NCBI GenBank assembly: GCA_951406725.2
Contig: OX597827.1
Span: 60,388,001-60,452,000, forward strand
DNA length: 64,000 nucleotides
Direction of reading: 5' to 3'
DNA from: Octopus vulgaris
Taxonomy: Eukaryota
Positions 1-10,344 of this stretch are shown here, piece after piece; within the stretch, counting starts at the first letter, position 1, and every line of letters begins with the position of its first letter. The notes under the pieces are model-generated. The model ran no database searches, was not told the origin of the DNA, and saw nothing but the letters and a program-made list of their open reading frames with translations. A program made the position numbers and the translations under genes.

Positions 1-18
1 GTTAATATCACTGACAAA

Positions 19-1512
19 ATGTCTAAACAGAAAGAGTCGCAGAATAAAGAAGTTTCCCTCGTTCGTGAAGTTTGTGGGGAAACATCCCCTTCAAAAGACA
101 TGTTTATTAAACATGGAGAGATGCACAAAACACAGAAAGGTAGTAACAACAAAAATTCTTGTGAACCTGTTTCAACATTCTCTACACTTTTACCTCAATA
201 CATTAAACGTGGAGAGATAAGTAAAACAGAGAAAGGTAGTATGAAGGATATTTCTGAATCTGTTTCAACATTGACTTCACTTTTACCTCAATACAGTAAA
301 CATGGAGGGATGCACAAAATAGAAAAAGGTAATAATAACAATAATTCTTGTGAATCTGTTTCAACAACGCCTTCACTTTTACCTCAATACAGTAAACATG
401 GAGAGAGAAATAAAACAGAGAAAGGTAGTATCAAGGATATTTCTGATTCTATTTCAACATTGACTTCACTTTTACCTCAATATATTAAACATGGAGAGCT
501 AAACAAAGGAGAAAAAGATGATAACAAAGATACTTCTGAATCTGTTTCAACACTGTCTTCACTTTTACCTCAATGCATTAAACCTGGAGAGACAAATAAG
601 CCAGAGAAAGATGGTGACAAGGATATTTCTGAATCTGTTTCATCATTGTCTTCACTTTTACCTCCGTTCATTAAACATGGGGAGATAAACAAAGCAGAAA
701 AAGATGGTAACAAGAACACTTCTTCAGGATCTGTTTCGACATTATCTTCAATTTTACCTCAATACACCTGTGATATTTGTGGGAAATCTTTTCCCGCTAA
801 TAAGAAGTTAACTCGACACATACGAACACATTTTAGAGCAAAGATTTTTCAGTGTGATGTTTGTGGAAATTCATTCTCCCAAAAGAGTGATCGAGACCGA
901 CACAAGAGGGTCCATTCTGGAGAAAGACCCTACCCTTGTGATGTATGTGGGAAATTCTTTTCCCGAAACAGCCATTTAAAAATCCACAAATTGACCCACT
1001 CAGGTATAAAACCTCATCGCTGTGAGACTTGTGGAAAATCGTTCTCACAGAATTGTGATCTGGAAAGACATATACGTGTACACACAGGAGAGAGACCATT
1101 TAAATGTGATACTTGTGAAAAAAGATTCTCTCAAATTAACGAACTAGGAAGACATAAACGGATACATACAGGAGAAAAGCCATATTCGTGTGAATTTTGT
1201 GAGAAAACCTTTTCTTTAAATTGCATTTTAGTAAGACACAGACGAATTCATACTGGAGAAAAGCCCTATGTTTGTGAATTTTGTAAGAAATCGTTTTCCC
1301 AAAATAGCATTCTTGTAAAACATTTGCGAATGCACAATGGTGGGAAACCTTATCAATGTAAGATTTGTGGTGAGGCATTCACAACAAAACGCCTTTTATC
1401 TGACCACACAAGAACACATACTGCAGATGGTCCTTATCCCTGTCAACTTTGTGGCGAAATCTTTTCTCAATATACAGATATAGTAAAGCATTTAGCAATA
1501 CACACTGGCTGA
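19..1512 (+). CDS. C2H2 zinc-finger protein (9 tandem fingers, N-terminal 31-32 aa repeats); paralog A
   Basis: 497-aa ORF with nine C-x2-C-x12-H-x3-H fingers, mostly with TGEKP-type linkers. The first ATG matches that of the paralog. The 5' UTR lies outside the window. Confidence 0.93.
   Translation: MSKQKESQNKEVSLVREVCGETSPSKDMFIKHGEMHKTQKGSNNKNSCEPVSTFSTLLPQYIKRGEISKTEKGSMKDISESVSTLTSLLPQYSKHGGMHKIEKGNNNNNSCESVSTTPSLLPQYSKHGERNKTEKGSIKDISDSISTLTSLLPQYIKHGELNKGEKDDNKDTSESVSTLSSLLPQCIKPGETNKPEKDGDKDISESVSSLSSLLPPFIKHGEINKAEKDGNKNTSSGSVSTLSSILPQYTCDICGKSFPANKKLTRHIRTHFRAKIFQCDVCGNSFSQKSDRDRHKRVHSGERPYPCDVCGKFFSRNSHLKIHKLTHSGIKPHRCETCGKSFSQNCDLERHIRVHTGERPFKCDTCEKRFSQINELGRHKRIHTGEKPYSCEFCEKTFSLNCILVRHRRIHTGEKPYVCEFCKKSFSQNSILVKHLRMHNGGKPYQCKICGEAFTTKRLLSDHTRTHTADGPYPCQLCGEIFSQYTDIVKHLAIHTG
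109..768 (+). repeat. Coding tandem repeat, 7 units of 93-96 bp (KHGE...LLPQY)
   Basis: Seven 31-32 aa units are visible in the translation. Units 1+2 resemble units 3+4. Confidence 0.9.
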
Positions 1513-2667
1513 GGAACGTATTGTCATGAGGTTTACAAGCAGAGGATTTGATGAAGTAAAGAACTTTTCTTGGCATACAAAAATACATGCAATCAAAAGA
1601 ATTTAAACTTTTAATTTTGTGTGTGAGGACATATATTGGATATAAATTGATTGATTTGGACACAAATACATAAGGGATAAACTTTTCTGTCTGAGTAAGA
1701 TATTTCTTTTTTCTCCTGTCCATTGCTTGATGAGGTCACCCAATTAAATTGTTCTTCTAATAGATGGTCACTTTGAAGTTCTAAAGAAGCAAACATAAGG
1801 CAAAACATTCAAGAATGACACAGTAATTCTCCTGTCCATTGCTTGATGAGGTCACCCAATTAAATTGTTCTACAGTAACTTTGATATTTTATAAGAAAAG
1901 TAAATAATACATTTACTGATATGCATTAAACACAGTTATGCTGGAATTAAATAAATAACGAGTCACACAAAGCAACATTGAATAAAATATAATTGTACTC
2001 AACTACATTTAGCACTTTGCTATAGGGCTGTGAAAGATGAATTCATTATTCACTGCTGACAACGTACAGTGATTCGGAAACACATGCGCCCTACAATCCA
2101 GTGACATCCTTCATAGCTTTATTTGTTTTCATACATTTGTTCATGAGGTGTATTTTCTCCTGGGACTATTATCACAGCGAAAAGTTTTCCCGTATCTAAA
2201 TGTTTTTTTTTTTTTGGTGGGGTTTTTTTTTCACACAAGATGAAATTTTGAAATGCCTATGCTGATGTTATGAATGTAACAAAACTTTGAAAGAAAACAC
2301 TGAAAATTGTTGAATTTGGAGTTGTATGATGGCAGATATTGGTGAAGTTATGGTCAAAGAAATCAAGGAAGGACATAACATATCAGAGAGGAATTACTGT
2401 TGTTATATAAGTATTATGGCATGTGTTAGCTGGTGAAATCATAATGCAATTTCGATTCCTTGTCATGAACAACCAAGATAATTATACCAGTTTGTTGGTG
2501 TAATACAAGTGAATGAAAATGTAATGTGTGTTGGTGATGGAAGGGTATTTGGGGAAAATGGATCAAGAAACATTTGAGAATAAATAATTAGGTTTCATGT
2601 TTTGAAAGAATTTTAACATTGTGATGCAGAGAGACATTTTGTATTCCAGAATGGCAAAAATGTCCTT

Positions 2668-3055
2668 TAACCTTCCAGCATTTAAACCAACCATATCCTG
2701 CAAAAATAATGTACCCGTTTTATCTTCAAACTGGCCTCTCACATTGCCAAGTTAAAAACAAATGCTTAAGAACTATCACGTTTTAGGTATTGATCTCTTG
2801 GATTAAAAGAGGAAAGACGTAACCATTTCCTGTATATTAACTGCTTTGTATTTTATTGATCCAGAGGAAATTATGAGCAAAGTTAACTCATCCTATGTAA
2901 AAAAAAATCACTGGAAAATGTTACAATTTTATTCTAAAAATAAACAATCACGTCATTGAAATCTCAAAGCTACAAGGTGATGCATGACTAATTCATATCA
3001 ATGTGAATAAACAGACATTACATTTGTCAGAGAAATCTGGATGCTAAAAGTTTAA
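2668..3055. mobile_element. piggyBac-like MITE, degenerate, with internal insertion
   Basis: ttaaccttccagcattt...gctaaaagtttaa. Homologous to the copy at 4263-4484 and TTAA-flanked. Confidence 0.55.
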
Positions 3056-3108
3056 ATCAAGGAGAAAAGGAGAAAGAATCAGCTGAAAATGTTTCATCTG
3101 GAGTCACT

Positions 3109-3445
3109 TTACTCTTTTACTTGTTTCAGTCATTATTCTTTGTAAGCCTAGTACTTATTCTATCGGCCTCTTTTTGCCGAACCGCTAAGTTACTGGGACG
3201 TAAACACACCAGCATCGATTGTCAAGCGATGTTGGGGGGGGGGGGGGGCAAACACAGACACACACACACATATATATATATATATACACATATGACAGGC
3301 TTCTTTCAATTTCCGTCTACCAAATCCATTCACAAGGCTTTGGTTGGCCCGAGGCTATAGTAGAAGACACTTGCCCAAGGTACCACGCAGTGGGACTGAA
3401 CCCGGAACCATTTGGTTTGTAAGCAAGCTACTTACCACACGGCCG
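3109..3445 (-). mobile_element. tRNA-derived CORE-type SINE (octopus OR-like family)
   Basis: Reverse complement of the gtgtggtaagtagcttgcttac...accttgggcaagtgtcttc consensus seen in many copies here. ACCTTGGGCAAGT resembles the MIR/CORE motif. Confidence 0.8.
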
Positions 3446-4262
3446 CTCAGCTTTTTTTATCATAGAAAAGTCAACACCCACCACTTGTCTACTGCTCCTT
3501 CTACAATAATGCATGACTCTCAGTGGTGGTATCATGAGTTTTTGTCTTTTGCTACCTGTTTGGTTGCATCTATGAAATATAAATAACACCAGAAATCAGA
3601 TGTTACTATAAAGCATGCTCACCAATATTTCATTAAAAAATTATTTCTTCTTTAGTATTTCACAGACATTTCTTTGAATCAGAATGAATTTAATTTGAAA
3701 TTTAAATTTGCAATTGTCAAATTAAAAACGAATGCTTAAGAACAAAATAGACATTTTCACTGTTTTTAGATATTGATCTCTTGGATTAAAAGAGGAAAGA
3801 CGTAACCATTTCATGTATATTAACTGCTTCGTATTTTATTGATCCAGAAGAAATTATGGGCAAGGTTAACTCATCCTATGTAAAAAAAAAAATCACAGGA
3901 AAATTTTGATAAATGACTGATTTAATAGGTTTTATTTAAAACATTGAATAAAGTGTGATTTTTCTTTTTCAAGTATATGTGATGGCATTTTTATTTTCAT
4001 TATTTATGGTATTAAATGAAATATAACCTTTTGTTTTTCCTGTGGTTGTATTATACTGTTTACTAATTGACCTCCCAGCGAAATTCTAAACATGGAACTA
4101 AGGTGTGTGAACCAAAATTCTGTAATACATTTAGTTGTTGCTGTTATTGTGGCTAATTAGCTTACCGGTCAAAGGCATTCCAGTGAAGACCTTCCTGTTT
4201 TATTTTCAGGCATCGCTTATCTAAGAGTACTTTATTCCATGTGTTGTTTTGTTTTGTTTTTC

Positions 4263-4484
4263 TTAACCCTTTAGCATTTAAACTGGCCATATCCAGCCCA
4301 AATATTTTATTTGTTTTATGTTCAAACTAGCCAGATCTTACTTCTCACACGTAGCCTACAATGTCACTTTAAACATAATCACATCATTGGATTCTCAAGG
4401 TTACAAACAATGCAGGATAAATTCAAAATGATGTGAATAAATATGCATTATAGCTGATTGAATAATCTGAACAATAAAGGGTTA
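4263..4484. mobile_element. piggyBac-like MITE
   Basis: TTAA-CCCTTTA...TAAAGGG-TTAA termini. Confidence 0.7.
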
Positions 4485-4694
4485 AAATAACAGAGTGTGA
4501 TTTGAAGAAATTTGTCTGTTGTTTCTAGCAGATTGAGCAGCCTGTCTTGTTAGCCCATAATGCAATTTTCTTTGATGTGCTTTCCAGTCAGAACTATCTT
4601 AGAAATACATTATCCACTGTGTAGTTCTGTGTTTAAAAACAATAATGAATGATTTAAAAGGAATTTGGTTATTATTTTTAACAGGACAGATGAC

Positions 4695-4950
4695 TGCATA
4701 CAGATTTCTTTATAGGTTCAAATAATAATCCTTTCTAATTTTGGCGCAAAGTCAGAAATTTGGAAGAAAGGAGGCAAATTAATTACATCGACCCCTGCAT
4801 TTTGCTGACACTTTATTTTATCAGCTCTGAAAGGAAGAAAGGTAAAGCTGACCTCAGCAGGTTTTGAACCCAGAATGTAAAGTGTTGGAAGAAATGCTTC
4901 TGAGCATTTTGTCCAATGCACTAATGATTCTTCCTACTCTCCACCTTATT
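4695..4950 (-). mobile_element. SINE family 2, degenerate
   Basis: Similar to the reverse complement of the 32221-32455 copy. Confidence 0.6.
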
Positions 4951-6257
4951 GACCAAGTTATGAAAGCAACATAACGAAGAGAAATAATTAGCTTAGATGA
5001 GATGTTCTTTTAAATTTGTGCTAGGACACTGCTGGTGTCACCAATGCCCTCTTCTTAGTGAGGTGTCTACAGAAGAATTTCTTAGCAAAGAGAGCAAATA
5101 TCAGTCTTTCACACATTAATTTGTGTAGGTTGAACTATGCAAAACATTATAGAAAGAAACCTAACTGTTTCTTTCAATACATACATCTAAAGTGAAATTT
5201 TTTCAGGGGCCTTTAAAATACTTTTGTGGATCCCCAATTTACAATTTTGTTATGTAGACCCCCAAAAATCCTATACAGACCTTGGTTGAGAACCACTGCT
5301 TTTAAGGATCTCTAGAGTAATGTTACTCAACAGCTTGCATACCTTTTTTTTGGAGGTACGCTACATCTAACATTAACATGTCCCCTTCCCTTTTAGAAAG
5401 TAATTTGAGGGAAATTTTGGCTGCTAGTTCTAACAAGTCAATCTATCAAACAGAGTATCTTTTATTTGTTCATGCTGCAAACATTAGAAAATAGTATCCA
5501 CTTGGGTTATCCCTATATGGAGTTAATAATTACCCTACACCATAAACTCATTTCCTGACTGTATAAATTTTATATATTTCTGACCATGAACATCTTATAG
5601 AAATATAATCCTACATAAATTTATGTCCCAGAATGATATAACATAATGACATATTACTTAGTATGCTATCAAAAAGGATCCCCCAGTAAGTTTACCATTA
5701 CGAAAATAATGCTTTGGTTTTTATTGTCTTCATTGTTCTAAATAAAATTGATATATCAAACATTGTTAATAGTGATGCTAGCAGTGAAAGAACATAGCCT
5801 AGTAGTTAGGTTAGTATTGGGTTCACATCACATGGTGGTGAGTTCAATTCTTAGACTGGGCAGCATGTTGTGTCCTTGAGAGCTGTTGTGTCTAAGACTG
5901 GATCCCTTTCTTAACACCAGCCACTTTTCAGGTGTAGTAGGTGCCTTTTGGAGGTGGGGTTATTAACACTGGCAAAGTCACCATGTGACTTACATGATCA
6001 GAGAGCTACGGCATCAGAGAAAGAGAAATGATGGCAAGTTTGGATTAGGTTTTGAGAAATTAAAATACAATGGGAGCGACAGGTAAGGGTTTTATTTGCT
6101 GAGAGTGTTAATAGAGAAGCTAAGTGTTGAGGAAGAGAAATAAAAGGGAAAGAGTAGTAGCAGGGCTTAGTGAGAGTGAAAAGGATGGTGGGATAGGGTG
6201 AAATAGAAAATTCAGGGCTACTCTGTAATATATATGAATATATATAACAACATGCAG

Positions 6258-6335
6258 CTCAGTCTGGGATTCGAGCTCACAACCTCACGATCATAAGCTC
6301 GACGCTCTAACCACTGAGCCATGCATCTTCACTAT
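6258..6335 (-). mobile_element. tRNA-like SINE head
   Basis: Minus strand reads tggctcagtggttagagcg...gctcgaatccc (A and B boxes). No clean acceptor stem. Similar to the heads at 61165 and 61395. Confidence 0.55.
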
Positions 6336-6414
6336 GGCTACTACACTTTCAATTACTAGAATACTAATAGAAAATATCTACTACTTCTAGGGATTCTCCT
6401 GGATATTCAAGAAA

Positions 6415-6860
6415 AGCTGTTGCTTGTGCACTGTCAGTGTTTATTGCTTCTGCACCTCTGCTTATCTACCTGTGATACCACTGCATCTCTTGTGTGACCA
6501 TAGTTTGCACTGGGTACTATGTGGCATTTCTAACAACTCCTTTTCTATATGTTAAGCAAGGATATTTCCCTGATGGAAGCAGAATCCTATTTGTTTGCCC
6601 ACTTAACTAAAACTTTAGTTTTTACTATTAACTTTGAATCCCTTTGCTTCCAAGTTCTGTTTTCACTCTTGGAATTTCTTTTCTAATTCTACTACAAATT
6701 CAGCTGCAAGAATAAGATCATCAGCATACAGTAGGTCCATGGGCAACTGGCCTTAAACACTATTATGACCTGAATGACTGTGATAAATAAGAAGAGACAG
6801 AACCAAGCCTTGTACACAAAATTCCTCATCATACTCATTGCTAACTCTCATATATTTCCC
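6415..6860 (-). pseudogene. RTE-clade LINE reverse-transcriptase fragment
   Basis: Minus-strand translation gives CPWTLLYADDLILAAE...LEAKGFKVN..KTKVL, interrupted by stops. Confidence 0.75.
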
Positions 6861-7119
6861 AAACTAGTCTCAGCTTAACTATCTTATCACACACTCTGAC
6901 TACCTCGATCACTTTGCCTACTCATTTCTCTGCCAAAAGTATGCCTTCACAGTCTACACCATCACTATTGCTTGCCCAAGATTCTCATGCATATATTTGC
7001 ATACTTTTTTCTATTTTTGGACAGAATTTTCCATAGGCATCAACACAAACTTTCTCACTCATAACACCTGTATGTTCTGAAAATGTAATTTTCCCAAATA
7101 AAAAGCACTTCATATTCAA

Positions 7120-7201
7120 AGCTCTGATGAAGCTATAGAGTGTTATCCAGGTACTCAACTAAGAGTCCACCACATCTTATTAGCAGAAACAGTTGTAAGC
7201 T
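7120..7201 (+). ncRNA. Type I hammerhead ribozyme motif
   Basis: agct-CTGATGA-a-gcta...tagc-a-GAAA-cagttg-TA-agct: stems I and II pair and the core is intact. Confidence 0.65.
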
Positions 7202-7274
7202 AATGAAGTTTATTACATAACCTTTGTTGTTTCTGGTGTCATCACTTAGTTCCTAGGCATATATTATATATCAT

Positions 7275-7630
7275 AGGCACAGGAGTGGCTGTGTGGTAAG
7301 TAGCTTGCTTACCAACCACATGGTTCCGGGTTCAGTCCCACCGCATGGCACCTTGGGCAAGTGTCTTCTACTATAGCCTCGAGCTGACCAAAACCTTGTG
7401 AGTGGATTTGGTAGGCGGAAACTGAAAGAAGCCCATTGTATATATATGTGTGTGTCTGTGTTTGTCTCCCCAACATCACTTGACAACTGATGCTGTGGTG
7501 TGTTTACGTCCCCGCAACTTAGCGGTTCGGCAAAAGAGACCAATAGAATAAGTCCTGGGATCGATTAGCTTGACTAAAGGTGGTGCTCCAGCATGGTCAC
7601 AGTCAAATGACTGAAACAAGTAAAAAAGAG
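7275..7630 (+). mobile_element. CORE-type SINE (OR-like)
   Basis: Full-length match to the other copies. Confidence 0.8.
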
Positions 7631-7648
7631 TATATATATATATACATA

Positions 7649-8843
7649 TCAGGTCAAGATTTTGAACTGAAAGTTTATTTTACTTTATCTCAACAAAAAG
7701 CAATATAGTTAATCAAAGTATACACCTAAATTATCAAAACAATTTTGCCATTTTATCAGAAGCTTATTTATGCTGGCAGCAAAGAATTTTGGAGAGCAAG
7801 AGGTGATGAAATCATGAAAGGCTGTTTTTGCATCTTCTTCAGATTTGAAGTTTTTTTTTTCCTTGCAAAAAGTTGTCTAATGCCTGGAAAATGTGAGTCA
7901 GTCGATGCAAGGTGTGGTAAGTACAATGGATGACAGAGTACTTCCAAGTTCAGTTCCTGTAACTTGAGTAGCATTCTTTGTGTAACATGTGGTCGAGCAT
8001 TGTCTTGCAAGAGAACTGGCCTGTCTCTATTGACCTGATGTAGACATCTGCTGTAATTGACTTACCAGGTCTCATGAAGCTGTAGTGGATGACACCAGCA
8101 CTGGACCACCAAATAGACATCATTAGCTTTTTTTGGTGAATATTCTGTTTTGGATTGTTTTGGCACCTTGTCTCTATCCAACCACTGTGCAGAATGCTTG
8201 CTATTGTTGAAAAGAATTCATTTTTCATCACGTAACAATATGATGCAAAAATGGTTCACTCTTATGCCATGACAGCAAAAAACAGCAAGTTTCAAGATGT
8301 GCCATTTGATGCTCAATCAGTTTGTGTGGTACCCACTTGTTCAGCTTCTTTGCCATGCCAATTTGTTTCAGATGGGCCAATACAGTTGGAATCAAAACAT
8401 CAAACCTTGTTGCTAACTCACACGTAATTTGTGATGTATCTGCTTCCACTACATTTTTCAGCTTATTATCCACCTTGGCCTCAGGTCTAGCACAGGGCTG
8501 ATTTTCAAGAGTAAAGTCACCAGACTAGAACTTCTCAAACCATCAACATACAGTGCACCCATTTGCCACATCTTCACCAAACACCTCATTGATGTTTTCA
8601 ACTGTCTGGGATGCATTGGTTCCATGACAGAACCATAACACGAATTTTTTATCTATCCATGGGTTCACAAAAATTTATTTACAAGAGAAAACTTACAATA
8701 TAATCAGACACCATGAATTGCATTTCAAAAAGTGATGATGGAACTCTTCAATGTTGTAAAACAAAGAATTGTCAGGAAAAAACATTAGTTAACAACTGTC
8801 AAACTTGATGCATAAGAAAATCGAACATTTCATTCTTAATGAC

Positions 8844-8847
<4 letters not shown>
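7649..8847 (-). mobile_element. mariner transposon with decayed transposase
   Basis: Frameshifted ORFs contain WVPHKL, QDNARPH and HPLYLPHLASTDSHF (the YSPDLAPSD motif). Imperfect TIRs tcaggtca/tgacctaa are flanked by TA. Confidence 0.9.
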
Positions 8848-8881
<34 letters not shown>

Positions 8882-8885
<4 letters not shown>

Positions 8886-9255
8886 AGCAGTATCGCCCGG
8901 CGTTGCTCAGGTTTGTAAGGGAAATAACTATAAAGCATTTTTAGAGAGTTATAGCAAAAAATGGAAAAAAATATGGTAAATTTTTTTTGAGAGTTAAAAA
9001 AGGATGGAGTTGCGTCCCCTAGACAGTTTGTGGTTCGTGTTTCTGATTCTCGACCCCATGTCGAATTTATCGATTTTTTTTCAGAACTGGGGGAACTTTT
9101 CAAAATTTTGGCTGCGTTAGTTTTGAATTATGACATTGGGCTATGTGTGTGTCAAGTTTCATCAGAATCGGTTGAAAGCCGTGGTCAGGGTGAGGGTACA
9201 AGCAAACAGACACACAGAAACACGCACAGACAAACTGCCGTTTATATATAGAGAT
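8882..9255 (-). mobile_element. Non-autonomous Helitron/DINE-1-like element
   Basis: Minus strand starts atctctatatataaa, has a (CTGT)-type microsatellite near the 5' end, and ends in a GC hairpin followed by gcttgt. Confidence 0.55.
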
Positions 9256-9272
9256 ATATATATATATAAATA

Positions 9273-9667
9273 TGGAGTGGCTGTGTGGTAAGTAGCTTGT
9301 TTACCAACCACATGGTTCCGGGTTCAGTCCCACTGCGTGGCACCTTGGGCAAGTGTCTTCTACTATAGCCTCGGGCTGACCAAAGCCTTGTGAGTGGATT
9401 TGGTAGACGGAAACTGAAAGAAGCCCGTCGTATATATGTATATATACATATATGTGTGTGTGTATGTTTGTGTGTCTGTGTTTGTCCCCCTAGCATTGCT
9501 TGACAACCGATGCTAGTGTGTTTATGTCCCCGTTACTTAGCGGTTCGACAAATGAGACCGATAGAATAAGTACTGGGCTTACAAAAGAATAAGTCCCGGG
9601 GTCGAGTTGCTCGATTAAAGACGGTGCTCCAGCATGGCCGCAGAAAATGACTGAAACAAGTAAAAGA

Positions 9668-9669
<2 letters not shown>
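9273..9669 (+). mobile_element. CORE-type SINE (OR-like)
   Basis: Full-length copy. Confidence 0.8.
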
Positions 9670-9707
<38 letters not shown>

Positions 9708-9710
<3 letters not shown>

Positions 9711-9866
9711 ATAAAAATAAGCAACAAGGATATCCAAGGTAGAGTAGTGCAATTGTTTCATGCTACTTCATTTTATTAAACACTGTAAGTATTACATCAG
9801 TTTTAAACAATTTTGAAACAATTGTACTACTCTACCTTGGATATCCTTGTTGCTTATTTTGATTAT
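9708..9866. repeat. Inverted repeat (about 53-bp arms), Penelope-like remnant
   Basis: Arms 9708-9760 and 9814-9866. The right arm carries GAAA-caattg-TA, the 3' half of a hammerhead. Confidence 0.7.
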
Positions 9867-10344
9867 AATCACCCCATTTGATTTATATGGATAATACCAT
9901 ACAATATTCTGGTGCCTTTAACTTAAGTACCATATTCATCTGAATCTAAATTTTGCTGAACTTATATATATATAGATAGATATAGTTTCCATATCCAAAA
10001 TTTTATTCACAAGGCTTAGGTCAACCTAAAGCTTTTGATGATATACTGTGAAGTAGGCATCTTACTTCTGCATCCATATTTGGAAGAAAGAAATGGTGTG
10101 AGGATAAAAAAAAGAGAATAAAAAACAATCAATTCTTTAATATTTATTGGTTCTTTTGAATGCATAATGTATATTATCAATTGATATAAATTTTAAAAAG
10201 AAAATAAAATCATTTCATGCTTTCTTTTTGAAGGTGGGAGAAGTAACCAGAGGTGGGGAGAGAATGACAAACAAAAGATTAACTATAAATAACAAATAAG
10301 TTTTCAATACAAGGCTTTATATTCTTTATTTTTATGTAAAGAAC

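Noticed and set aside
833-1808. Antisense ORFs over ZNF paralog A (mirrored over B and the third gene)
   Set aside because: They are shadow frames of finger repeats. Their apparent conservation only reflects paralog identity.
6258-6335. Possible tRNA gene
   Set aside because: The acceptor stem is poor and related heads lead into SINE bodies elsewhere, so it is treated as SINE-derived.
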